Origin: Candidatus Latescibacterota bacterium
GTDB lineage: Bacteria > Latescibacterota > UBA2968
NCBI GenBank assembly: GCA_965222605.1
Contig: OZ244960.1
Span: 1,344,001-1,408,000, forward strand
Direction of reading: 5' to 3'
Length of the DNA stretch: 64,000 nt
A program made the position numbers and the translations under genes. How positions within the stretch are numbered: position 1 is the stretch's first letter; each line of letters opens with the position of its first letter. The notes beneath the pieces are model-generated. The model was not told where the DNA came from and searched no databases. It saw nothing but the letters and a program-made list of their open reading frames with translations. This document shows positions 29,998 through 39,283 of this stretch, piece by piece.

Positions 29998-30480
29998 TTA
30001 TGTCTCCTTTTGCCAGGTAATATGAGAAGCGCACGGCGTAGCGCAAAGTGGACCACCGCGATCATCCGTCAATTTTAACCTTACAACAATGGGATCACCC
30101 GATTCAAGCGCCCGATTAACCTGCGCCCAATCGAGATGCCCAAGGCGAATTTTGAGCCGCCGAAACATCTCAAAATCACCCGAATTTTGCACCACACCCC
30201 AGGAAAGATAAAAAAAGCGATCCGCGGGCCTACCCTGTGCATAAGGACCCAGAAAATTGGGCGAACCATCGGGTTTCTCACCAACCCTGAACTCGGGAAA
30301 AAATACGACCTCGCGGCGATCTGCAGGAACCTGTTCAACAACCTCTTTGCCACACTGTATGCCGAGGTAAACAGGTTCTTTAATTTCGGGATCATGACTA
30401 TATGGATCTTCAAACCGCGTACCGGGCAATTGAGTACAAACCACTTTTAGTTTCAAGTATGTGTTGGTTATTTTTCGCAT
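29998..30480 (-). CDS. DUF5990-like protein
   Basis: LGIQ, PNFLGPYAQG...RFFYLSW, MFRRLKI, LTDDRGGPLCA; GAGG RBS before MRKITN. Confidence 0.7.
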   Translation of the reverse strand: MRKITNTYLKLKVVCTQLPGTRFEDPYSHDPEIKEPVYLGIQCGKEVVEQVPADRREVVFFPEFRVGEKPDGSPNFLGPYAQGRPADRFFYLSWGVVQNSGDFEMFRRLKIRLGHLDWAQVNRALESGDPIVVRLKLTDDRGGPLCATPCASHITWQKET

Positions 30481-30505
30481 ACATAGCCTCATTAATCTAC
30501 TGAAA

Positions 30506-30832
30506 TTAGAAAACAGCGACCTGGATATATCCATCTTTTTGATTTTTGGGTTTCTGCTTTACGGTCAAGGTAACATTTTGATCCAGTTTGGTGAGCCAGC
30601 CCATCAAACGATCAAAAGTAAATCGTCGAAGTTCACGGCCTTGTTTCAGTTTTGAGATGTAAGACTGATCGGTGCCGAGAATTTGGGCTGCTTCAATTTG
30701 TGTTAGCCTTCGTTCCTCGATAAGCCTGAGAATGGCCACCGCGAGTTTGGCTTTTGCCTGCATACCATCTGAATCTTCGACATTGAGATCGGCAAAAATA
30801 TTACCACTACTTTTTTTTATTGTATTTGCCAT
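30506..30832 (-). CDS. XRE-family HTH protein (orphan antitoxin-like)
   Basis: SSGNIFADL, LTQIEAAQILGTDQSYISKL, FTFDRL; AAGGAG RBS. Confidence 0.8.
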   Translation of the reverse strand: MANTIKKSSGNIFADLNVEDSDGMQAKAKLAVAILRLIEERRLTQIEAAQILGTDQSYISKLKQGRELRRFTFDRLMGWLTKLDQNVTLTVKQKPKNQKDGYIQVAVF

Positions 30833-30940
30833 AGTTTATGCTCCTTTTCCATATTTAATTATGGCCTAAAAGACATAAAATAGCAAGTAAGAAAAGAGCT
30901 ATTTTGCCGTTCCTTTATAATTCCCGCGTAACTTCAAAAC

Positions 30941-30969
30941 TTGCATCAATTGATAGAACTGCGTATAGT
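30941..30969 (+). promoter_or_regulatory. putative sigma70 promoter
   Basis: TTGCAT-17 bp-TATAGT upstream of the sulfatase. Confidence 0.5.
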
Positions 30970-31020
30970 GTGTATCTAAAAATTCGGAGTAGGCTCGGCG
31001 CAATCATCGAAAGGAGACGC

Positions 31021-32379
31021 ATGCAACCCAACATCATCTTGATCAACTGTGACGACCTCGGCTACGGTGACCTCGGCAGTTACGGCTCTAAAATTAACAA
31101 AACACCAGCACTCGACAAAATGGCTGCAGAAGGCATCAAATTCACCGACTTCTACATGGCATCTCCCGTGTGTTCGCCCTCTCGAGGAGCCATGCTCACG
31201 GGCTGTTATCCCCCGCGCATTGGCTTTGGCTCTTTCGACGGGCGCTGGGTCCTCTTTCCCGGCCAGGGTGTGGGATTAAATTCCAGCGAAATCACCATCG
31301 CCAAACTCCTAAAGAACAAAGGTTACGCCACCAAAATTGTCGGCAAATGGCACTGCGGAGACCAGCGAGAATTTCTGCCCACTCGTCACGGATTCGACAG
31401 CTATTACGGCATTCCATATAGCAACGACATGGGGATACAAAAAGAAGACGACCACAATCCACCTCTGCCCTTATTGCGCGACGAGGAAGTCATCCAGGCA
31501 CAACCCGACCAGCGCGGCATCACCGAACGCTACGTCGAAGAAAGCGTCCGCTTCATGCGCGACAACAAAGACCAGCCCTTCTTTCTCTACCTCGCCCACA
31601 TGCACGTCCACCTGCCCCACTATCCCCCCGAAGCCTTTGTCCGCGAATCTGAAAACGGCGTATATGGTGCAGCAGTCGCCTGCATTGACTGGGCGGCCGC
31701 CGTCATTTTCGACGAACTCAAATCTCTGGGACTTGACGACAACACCCTTGTCATCTTCACCAGCGACAACGGCTCTCGCGCCCGAGACGAAGGCGGCAGC
31801 AACAGCCCTTTGCGCGCCACCAAAGGCACCACATGGGAAGGCGGCCAGCGCGTGCCGTGCCTTATGCGATGGCCCGGCAAAATTCCCGCGAGCGAAGTGT
31901 GCAACGAACTGACATTATCCATGGACTTTTATCCCACGCTTGCAGCCCTCGGCGGTGCAGAAGTGCCTACCGACCGCATCATCGACGGCAAAGACATCCG
32001 CGCGCTCATGTTCGCAGAAGAAGGCGCGACATCGCAACACAAATCCTTCTTTTACTACAAACGCAACAGCATCGAAGCCGTGCGGAGCGGCAAATGGAAA
32101 CTCCACATCCGCAAAGACGATCAGGAAATCCAGGAACTTTACGACCTCGAAGCCGACATCGGTGAAACCAATGACATCAGTGATCAACACCCCGACATTG
32201 TGCAGAACCTCATGGCGCAAATTGACGCCTGTCGCAAAGACCTCGGAGACGATGCCGCCGGCATAACAGGCGAAAACATCCGCCCTGCCGGCCGCGTTGA
32301 AAACCCCGACACCCTCACACATCTCGACCGCGACCATCCCTACATGATCGCTATTTACGACTTGAAAGAGCGGGGTTAA
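31021..32379 (+). CDS. arylsulfatase A-like sulfatase
   Basis: [28 protein letters not shown]; AAGGAG RBS. Confidence 0.92.
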   Translation: MQPNIILINCDDLGYGDLGSYGSKINKTPALDKMAAEGIKFTDFYMASPVCSPSRGAMLTGCYPPRIGFGSFDGRWVLFPGQGVGLNSSEITIAKLLKNKGYATKIVGKWHCGDQREFLPTRHGFDSYYGIPYSNDMGIQKEDDHNPPLPLLRDEEVIQAQPDQRGITERYVEESVRFMRDNKDQPFFLYLAHMHVHLPHYPPEAFVRESENGVYGAAVACIDWAAAVIFDELKSLGLDDNTLVIFTSDNGSRARDEGGSNSPLRATKGTTWEGGQRVPCLMRWPGKIPASEVCNELTLSMDFYPTLAALGGAEVPTDRIIDGKDIRALMFAEEGATSQHKSFFYYKRNSIEAVRSGKWKLHIRKDDQEIQELYDLEADIGETNDISDQHPDIVQNLMAQIDACRKDLGDDAAGITGENIRPAGRVENPDTLTHLDRDHPYMIAIYDLKERG

Positions 32380-32380
32380 T

Positions 32381-32552
32381 ATGGCTCTTACACCCGAACA
32401 GAGTCTTCTGGCACTGCAACATCCTGCACGCAACCTCTCAAAACACCAGCAACAACATCCGCTATGGCCTTTTCGCCCGCCTGCCTCATAAAGACCAGGA
32501 GACATTCCGAGATGAAATTCCCGATGACCTCTGGAAACGCTGGCGGATTTAA
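32381..32552 (+). pseudogene. internally deleted PhyH-family gene remnant
   Basis: MALTPEQ start joined out of frame to VFWHCNILHATSQNTSNNIRYGLF...DDLWKRWRI*. Confidence 0.65.
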
Positions 32553-32569
32553 CAAAAAGGAGATTTGAC

Positions 32570-32920
32570 ATGTCAAAAATCACCATCTACCACAACCCCA
32601 ACTGAAGCAAATCCAATGGCGCAATGGACATTTTGCGCGCCGACAACGTCGAGTTCGACGTGATTGAATATTTAAAAACACCATTGAGCGAACAGGACCT
32701 GAGAAAATTTCTCGCACTCCTGCCCGGTGAACCCAAAGACCTGATTCACCCCAGTTCTTTTGAAGACTTAGGACGCGACATGGATGACTACAATACGCCC
32801 GATGCACTCATCGATTTGCTCCTGGAACACCCCGAAGTCATGAATCGCCCCGTGTGTATTCGCGGGGACCGTGCAGTCATTGCCCGTCCCTCAGAAGCCG
32901 TGCATGAACTCCTCACTTAA
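32570..32920 (+). CDS. arsC: ArsC/Spx-family (arsenate reductase-like) protein with in-frame UGA, probable selenoprotein
   Basis: AAGGAG RBS; MSKITIYHNPN[TGA 32603-32605]SKS in frame with ORF 32624..32920; IEYLKTP, HPEVMNRP, ARP. Confidence 0.8.
32607..32636 (+). promoter_or_regulatory. candidate bacterial SECIS hairpin
   Basis: GCAAA/TTTGC and TCCA/TGGA stems with a G-containing apex immediately 3' of the UGA. Confidence 0.5.
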
Positions 32921-32922
32921 AA

Positions 32923-32958
32923 AAATAGCCGCCGAGACCTGAACCTCGGCGGCTATTT
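32923..32958. terminator. bidirectional intrinsic terminator
   Basis: AAATAGCCGCCGAG...CTCGGCGGCTATTT between convergent genes. Confidence 0.85.
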
Positions 32959-32977
32959 CTACTACAGCTTCTTTAGC

Positions 32978-33766
32978 TCACGCACCCTCCATCGCTTTTC
33001 TCAACTCGTCGCCGCTGTTTCGCCACCACGAATGCAAAATTGAGATATCCACCCCGATATTGAAATGCCGCACACCCATATCGAGATATTCCTTCGCCTC
33101 ATCGGGAGACATAATCTCTGCGCGAGGATGCACACCCATACTCAGCGCAGTCTTAAACACCTCATTCTTCGCATCTGCCACAGCAGGATCACCCCGCTGC
33201 CCCGCCTTGCCAACACTCATCGAATAATCCGAAGGCCCCCATTGCACCATATCCACGCCCGGAACCGATAGAATCGCCTCTATATTTTCCACCGCCTCCT
33301 TCTTTTCAATCATCAAAACGACAACCGTCTCCCGCATGGCTTTGACATAATCAGCCCCCCCGCCATATCCCATATACGTGTTGCGCCGCGTGTACACACT
33401 GTACAAACCGCCATCTTCCGGCGTATCTGGAAGCGTAACGCGCACACACGCTTTGGCGTCTTCTTCTGTGCGACAATCCGTAAACAAAATACTCCCAAAA
33501 CCAGACCCTATCGCCCTTTGCGACAAATAGTGCTGATGGCTACGGTCAATTTTGAACATCATGCCCATATTGTACAACTCGGCTGCACGGCACATATTGT
33601 CCAGATCGTAGAGGTCAAACGTACCGTATTCACCAACGTACTCGACATAGTCGTAAAGTCCCGTATGCCCAATCGCCTCGACGATCGCCGGCCAACTCGA
33701 ATGAATGCGCGTGCCAATAGTGGGTTCGCCCGCATCCAATTTTTCTCTAATTCTATTGGGTTTCAA
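32978..33766 (-). CDS. HpcH/HpaI aldolase family protein
   Basis: LMIEKKEAVENIEAILSVPGVD, GPSDYSMS; TTG start after AAGGAG. Confidence 0.85.
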   Translation of the reverse strand: MKPNRIREKLDAGEPTIGTRIHSSWPAIVEAIGHTGLYDYVEYVGEYGTFDLYDLDNMCRAAELYNMGMMFKIDRSHQHYLSQRAIGSGFGSILFTDCRTEEDAKACVRVTLPDTPEDGGLYSVYTRRNTYMGYGGGADYVKAMRETVVVLMIEKKEAVENIEAILSVPGVDMVQWGPSDYSMSVGKAGQRGDPAVADAKNEVFKTALSMGVHPRAEIMSPDEAKEYLDMGVRHFNIGVDISILHSWWRNSGDELRKAMEGA

Positions 33767-33808
33767 AATAAACTCCTTTGTTAGTGGTTAGTTTTCGGTT
33801 ATCCGCTA

Positions 33809-34699
33809 TCACCCAAACAACGACTGAAAAACCCGCTTTGTTTTGTCCAGCACATCTTCGGGTAATACTTCTCCATCTGAAATTTTCACATTCTCCGCAA
33901 GATGATCCATGTTGGTCGATCCCACAATCGCAGTACACACATCTTCGTGAGACAGCGTAAAACGCAACGCAAATTCAATCAGCGGCATATCGCCCGCCAA
34001 TTCCCGCAACGGTATCTGCTGTGCCCGATTCCACGGATCGCCCATATACGAACCGTCTGGACGCTCGGATCTGAGATATACCCCGTTGGCAATCGGACGC
34101 TTGATAATCGTCCCCATATCCCGATCGCGCAAAGTGGGCATCAAATTTTCAGCAGAATCCTGGAACAACACATTGTACGTAAATTCCTGCGTATCCAAAT
34201 CCCACCTCTTCGCCGCCTCAGCCGCTGCCGATCCATCAGCCGATACACCGATAAACTTCGTCCATCCCCTATCCTTTGCCTCCAACAACGCATCAAACGC
34301 CGCGTTCCAATCGTCCGCTTCTCCCGGCAACCCGTGAAACTGCACAATATCGATCACATCCATCTTCAGCTTTGATCGACTCGTATCAATCGTCTTCAAA
34401 ATACCCTCGGGCGAATAATCCTTCACAATCTCGCGCTTACCACCATTGATCACCCGATAATCGCCGCACTTTGTCGCCAGAACAAACTCGTCCTGCCGAT
34501 GGGCGATAAACTTCCCGATCCGCTCTTCGCTATCGCCATACATCGCAGCCGTATCGATAAATGCGATACCCAAATCGAGCACCTTGTTCAGCACCGCTTC
34601 GACCTGCGATTCCCGCAGCGATGGATTTCCGATCTGCGCCGCGCCAAAACCGATTTCCGAGACCTGCAACCCCGTCTTTCCCAGCGTCCGAAATTTCAT
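33809..34699 (-). CDS. aldo/keto reductase
   Basis: RTLGKTGLQVSEIGFG, IDTAAMYG, LATK, IDIVQFH. Confidence 0.9.
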   Translation of the reverse strand: MKFRTLGKTGLQVSEIGFGAAQIGNPSLRESQVEAVLNKVLDLGIAFIDTAAMYGDSEERIGKFIAHRQDEFVLATKCGDYRVINGGKREIVKDYSPEGILKTIDTSRSKLKMDVIDIVQFHGLPGEADDWNAAFDALLEAKDRGWTKFIGVSADGSAAAEAAKRWDLDTQEFTYNVLFQDSAENLMPTLRDRDMGTIIKRPIANGVYLRSERPDGSYMGDPWNRAQQIPLRELAGDMPLIEFALRFTLSHEDVCTAIVGSTNMDHLAENVKISDGEVLPEDVLDKTKRVFQSLFG

Positions 34700-34835
34700 T
34701 TCACTCTGCCCTCACGCATTCCGATATTTGCACAAGTCACCCAAATGTCGTATATAATACAACCAAAATCCACTAAAACCACCAAAAAATCTCCAGGACA
34801 AACCACGGATATAAACTCGCTTGAGGAGAATTGAT

Positions 34836-35618
34836 ATGGACCTTGGATTGAGAGGAAAAGTTGCGGTTATTACGGGCGGCAGCGAGGGAATCGGCAAGGG
34901 AATCGCATTGCGGTTCTTGGAAGAGGGAGCGAAGGTCGCGATTTGTGCGCGACGCGATGATGTCTTGCAGCAGGCAGCGGAGGAACTTCGTGCGTTGACT
35001 GGTGGTGATATCCTTGCTATCTCTGCTGACGTGACCAAACCGGAAACGCTAACGAACTTCATCGACAGAGCGGTCCAGCATTTCGGACGGATTGACATCC
35101 TGGTCAACAGCGCCGGCCGGTCTGCCACGGGCGCCTTCGATGAGCTGATCGACGATGATTGGTATGCGGATTTAGATCTGAAACTGATGGGGGCTGTGCG
35201 TTGTGCGCGCCTGGTCATTCCTCAGATGAAACTTGTCGGCGGAGGACGGATTATCAACATCACGCATCCGGGGGGCAAACAGCCTGGAGCAGCTTCTTAT
35301 CCAACCTCCGTGAGTCGCGCAGCGGGGATAGCGATGACCAAAGCACTATCTAAGGAACTATTGCCTTACAATATCCTCGTAAACACCGTGTGCTTGACTT
35401 CTATCAAGAGCGCGCAAGGAGAACGCGCCTGGAAAGCGGAAGGTTCTCGTGGCACTTTAGAGGAGTATTGGATTGAGCGGGCTGAAGAGCATCCGTTAGG
35501 ACGTTTAGGTGAACCTTCTGATGCCGGAGCTCTTGTCGTCTTTCTTGCTTCGGAATGCGCTTCTTTCATTACAGGCACGGCGATTAACCTTGATGGCGGA
35601 TTGTCCAACGTAGTATAG
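34836..35618 (+). CDS. short-chain dehydrogenase/reductase
   Basis: TGGSEGIG, LVNSAG, FITG..INLDGG; GAGGAG RBS. Confidence 0.9.
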   Translation: MDLGLRGKVAVITGGSEGIGKGIALRFLEEGAKVAICARRDDVLQQAAEELRALTGGDILAISADVTKPETLTNFIDRAVQHFGRIDILVNSAGRSATGAFDELIDDDWYADLDLKLMGAVRCARLVIPQMKLVGGGRIINITHPGGKQPGAASYPTSVSRAAGIAMTKALSKELLPYNILVNTVCLTSIKSAQGERAWKAEGSRGTLEEYWIERAEEHPLGRLGEPSDAGALVVFLASECASFITGTAINLDGGLSNVV

Positions 35619-35625
35619 ACGCGTG

Positions 35626-36426
35626 TCAATATCCTATGCTTCGCAGATAATCGCGGTTAGACTTTGCCGCTTCTGCCGGGGGTTTGGGAGGATACGGGCG
35701 GTCGAGCTCTACAGACACCCACCCATCGTAGCCCACTTCTTCCAATTTCTCCAACGCCGCCCGCGCGTCAAACCCCATATTCCCCGCACCGAGTTCTGCA
35801 AATCGCGCTTCCTCATTAAACTGCCCCGTGCGGTGATTCCACGTCGCGGGATCATTGGCATGCACATCCTTCAAATGCACATGTCCGATCCGATTCCGCA
35901 ACACATCGCGTTCAAAAACCTGCATCGGATCGCTACCCGCCGCCAGCATATGTCCCGTATCGTAGAGCAACCACAAATCGGGCGCAGCCGTCATCAATCT
36001 TTCGGCATCCTCAACCGTCTCGATCAGCGTCCGCATGTGTGCGTGGTGAAAACCCTTCACATTGTGCGCCTTGCAATATGCCAGCACCTCATCGAGCGAG
36101 CGAGCCGCATTTTCAACATCTTCATCGCTCGGATCATCGCCACCCCACATCGCACGACGACACGACGGCACCTCTGCCGCATCATTGCCCAAAGCGATAT
36201 TGTACCGAACCCGATCGAGCGGAGTCGGTCCCCCCACATTGACCAGATGCAAACCATTCTTCCTCGCCAGATTGGCTTTATAAACCAGATCATCGCCGCT
36301 ATCAATCTTCAACCCCTCAACCCCATCCCACCCGGCCTCGGCCACTTCTGCCAACACCTTCTCGGGATTTTCGTGCTGCTCACCCCGAAACTGAATCAAA
36401 TGACAAGCCACTCTAAATTTGCCCAT
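35626..36426 (-). CDS. sugar-phosphate isomerase/epimerase, TIM barrel (IolE-like)
   Basis: FHHAH, YDTGH, HVHLKD, GWVSVELD. Confidence 0.8.
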   Translation of the reverse strand: MGKFRVACHLIQFRGEQHENPEKVLAEVAEAGWDGVEGLKIDSGDDLVYKANLARKNGLHLVNVGGPTPLDRVRYNIALGNDAAEVPSCRRAMWGGDDPSDEDVENAARSLDEVLAYCKAHNVKGFHHAHMRTLIETVEDAERLMTAAPDLWLLYDTGHMLAAGSDPMQVFERDVLRNRIGHVHLKDVHANDPATWNHRTGQFNEEARFAELGAGNMGFDARAALEKLEEVGYDGWVSVELDRPYPPKPPAEAAKSNRDYLRSIGY

Positions 36427-36465
36427 ATTTGCGTCCTTTCTGTAAGAGGAAAATCCTTTTCCCGA

Positions 36466-37098
36466 CTAATCTACCGTCCGATGCGCGAAAGCATTCCACA
36501 CACCCGCCAACTCGTGAACGGCCTTAAACATCGGATACAGCGCGTCCCACATCTCATCTCGCGCTTTGAATGCGGCATCTATATCGCCCTCTGCAAATGC
36601 CTTCTTAAAAGCTGCAACCTGCGCGCGCTGCGTCTCTGCTGTCTCCTCTACACACGCAACAAAATCTTCCACAGATTGCAAGTGTTCATCTGCTCTTGCG
36701 TCTGAATCAACGCTCAAATCCAGCTCCTGATCATAAGAAGAAGAGTTCGCAAATCGCGGTGGCTCCTTCTCTCCCCCTGCCGTCCAATAAGTATGCGTAG
36801 GCAAAATATGTGGCGTCACCGACAAATACATAATCACCTCGTCATCGCCCACATTGCGTACCGTATGCGCCTCATCTGTCAGAGCAATACACATCTGTCC
36901 CGGACCCAACACTTCCTTGTGCCCTTCGATATCAAACTCTGCCTGCCCTTGTAAAATCAGAAAGATCTCCTGCCCCAAATCATGCGTATGGCTCTGATTG
37001 AACTGCCCCACCTCCATCTTCAAAAATCGCGAACGAATCTGGGGTGTCACCAGCATATTGGTAATATCTTTGCGATAGTCAAAAACTTGAAATGGCAT
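36466..37098 (-). CDS. cupin domain protein
   Basis: SHTHDLGQEIF, AHTVRN. Confidence 0.75.
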   Translation of the reverse strand: MPFQVFDYRKDITNMLVTPQIRSRFLKMEVGQFNQSHTHDLGQEIFLILQGQAEFDIEGHKEVLGPGQMCIALTDEAHTVRNVGDDEVIMYLSVTPHILPTHTYWTAGGEKEPPRFANSSSYDQELDLSVDSDARADEHLQSVEDFVACVEETAETQRAQVAAFKKAFAEGDIDAAFKARDEMWDALYPMFKAVHELAGVWNAFAHRTVD

Positions 37099-37158
37099 GA
37101 TACCCTCCTTATATTAAAAGTTAGAAGTAAGAAGTTAGAAGTCCACCCAACACCCCCA

Positions 37159-37191
37159 CTGGATCGCGGCTCAACACCATGCCGCGATGAC
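37159..37191. repeat. REP-like palindrome, same family as 25956-26030
   Basis: CTGGATCGCGGCTCAACACCATGCCGCGATGAC. Confidence 0.65.
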
Positions 37192-37210
37192 AATTGCCTT
37201 TCACTTCACC

Positions 37211-37237
37211 GTGAACTGGTCTGGACTGCGACCAGTT
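37211..37237. repeat. 27-bp palindromic element, copy 2
   Basis: exact reverse complement of 4064-4090. Confidence 0.75.
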
Positions 37238-37283
37238 GTACACCGCTCCACACTTCACCCTTCACCCCAACTGAAAGAAATGC

Positions 37284-39230
37284 ATGAGCTTACCCAATCC
37301 CGCGTCACAGCCTGACCCCGCGTCACACATCACCACCCGCGCCATTATCGTTGGCCTGATCCTGACCATTATTATCTGCTATTTCGCCACCGACACGACC
37401 TATCGCCTTCGCGCATCCCGCGTATCTCTGGGCCACATGCCCATGTCATTGTGGCTGCCTTTTCTCCTCATCTTCCTGATCAATCCCCTGCTCAAAAGAA
37501 TCCGGAAAAACTGGATGCTTCGCCCGCATGAATTGGGCCTCATCCTATGCATGGGATTTATTGGCAGTGTTTTTCCCACCAAAAACGTCGCAGGCCGCCT
37601 GATCGCCGTTCTCGCCAGCCCCTATTACAAAGCCACGCCGGAAAACCGATGGGCGGAATTTACCCACGAACACATCCAACCCTGGGCTGTACCCAGCAAT
37701 CGCGCGGGTGACATCACCTATTTGTGGGAGGGATTGCCAGCGCATCTTTCCACCCCCTATCACGTCTGGGCCGCGCCGCTCTTCTGGTGGTTCACATTTT
37801 TCTTCGCGCTATTTATCGCCTGTTTGTGTATCACCGTCATCTTGCGCAAACAATGGGTCGAACACGAACGCATCACCTTTCCCCTCGCACAATTGCCCAT
37901 ACTGATGATTCAGGATACAGCGTCGGGACAAATCGGATTTTTGAAAAACAAATTGTTCTGGACGGGATTTGGCATCGGCTTATTCATCTTATCCTGGAAT
38001 ATCCTGCCCCTCTTCTGGCACAATCTCCCAATCATTCCCATTGGTCCCACCCATAGCACCACCATCTCATTTGGGCACGACTTTCCCCCACTCCAAATCA
38101 AATTCAACTTTGTCATGACGGCCTTTGGGTATCTCACCAACCTCGAAGTCCTGCTCTCCATCTGGTTATTTCACGTACTCTCGCTTATCGAAATCGGCGC
38201 ATTAAACCGCTTTGGCATCACAGTGGGCAGAGACTTTGGCAGCGGCCTATTGCTACAACAAGTCGGTGGCTTCATCGCGTTTGCCCTGTTTGGCCTCTTC
38301 ATGGCACGGCAACATATTGGAACCGTCATCCGCGCACTCTGGCAACCCGATGCCCAGGACAAAACCGAACTCCTGTCTTACCGCACGGCTGTGATCGGCT
38401 TGATCATCTCGCTCATCTATGCCAGTGCCTGGATGTACGCACTGGGCATTTCCCTGCTGGGCATTGCAATACAACTGAGCCTGCTCTTGATCTACTTCAT
38501 CGGCCTGGCCAAAATCGTCGCGGAAACCGGCCTCGTATATGTCGAAACCCCACTGCGAACCCAGGAACTCGCCGCTGCCGCGCTCGGCACAACCGTGCAA
38601 ACCCCCGACCACGTCGGCATGGCACTATCGGCCAACAGCGTGGAAAGCCACCGCGAATACATCCTCCCATCTCTAACTCACACCGCCAAAATCCACGACG
38701 TATTTCGCTGGCCGCGCAATCGCATGGTCGCGGCCTTAATGCTCGCCTTTATCGTCGGCTTTGCCATCTCAATTATCTATACCCTCAACCTCTGTTACGG
38801 CGCGACCGGTGCCGCCAACATCCGCCACGTCTTTGTATTCGGCGGATACAGCCAGCGCATGTTTGACCGCGTTGTCTCCTGGGCATCAGAGCCGACCTCT
38901 TTTGGTCGCGTTGAATGGCAATTCCTCGCCGCGGGCGCGCTCGGCACCCTGTTTTTGAGCCTCATGCGCCTGCGCTTTGCGTGGTGGCCTCTCCATCCGG
39001 TGGGATTTACAGTGGGATATGTCTATCCCGTCAGAGTCACAGCCTTCACCGTCTTTCTCGTATGGGCATTCAAATCCATCGTACTGCGTATCGGCGGCAT
39101 TCGGCTCTACCGCAATTTGCAACCCTTCTTCATCGGCCTCTTGATCGGCTACACCCTCGGCGTTGGCCTTTCCACACTCGTGGATCACATCTACTTCCCC
39201 GGCAACGGCCACATGGTGCATTCGTGGTAA
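37284..39230 (+). CDS. large polytopic membrane protein (DUF6785/DUF6784-like, putative transporter)
   Basis: many TM segments; ILRKQWVEHERITFP, AETG, WWPLHPVG, GGIRLY, PFFIGL. Confidence 0.75.
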   Translation: MSLPNPASQPDPASHITTRAIIVGLILTIIICYFATDTTYRLRASRVSLGHMPMSLWLPFLLIFLINPLLKRIRKNWMLRPHELGLILCMGFIGSVFPTKNVAGRLIAVLASPYYKATPENRWAEFTHEHIQPWAVPSNRAGDITYLWEGLPAHLSTPYHVWAAPLFWWFTFFFALFIACLCITVILRKQWVEHERITFPLAQLPILMIQDTASGQIGFLKNKLFWTGFGIGLFILSWNILPLFWHNLPIIPIGPTHSTTISFGHDFPPLQIKFNFVMTAFGYLTNLEVLLSIWLFHVLSLIEIGALNRFGITVGRDFGSGLLLQQVGGFIAFALFGLFMARQHIGTVIRALWQPDAQDKTELLSYRTAVIGLIISLIYASAWMYALGISLLGIAIQLSLLLIYFIGLAKIVAETGLVYVETPLRTQELAAAALGTTVQTPDHVGMALSANSVESHREYILPSLTHTAKIHDVFRWPRNRMVAALMLAFIVGFAISIIYTLNLCYGATGAANIRHVFVFGGYSQRMFDRVVSWASEPTSFGRVEWQFLAAGALGTLFLSLMRLRFAWWPLHPVGFTVGYVYPVRVTAFTVFLVWAFKSIVLRIGGIRLYRNLQPFFIGLLIGYTLGVGLSTLVDHIYFPGNGHMVHSW

Positions 39231-39245
39231 GTTATATAAACGCCA

Positions 39246-39279
39246 AAAAGGGTCGCCATCGCGCGATGACAACCCTTTT
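39246..39279 (-). terminator. intrinsic terminator of the minus-strand operon
   Basis: minus strand GGGTTGTCATCG-CG-CGATGGCGACCC-TTTTT (G-U pairs). Confidence 0.7.
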
Positions 39280-39283
39280 CAAT

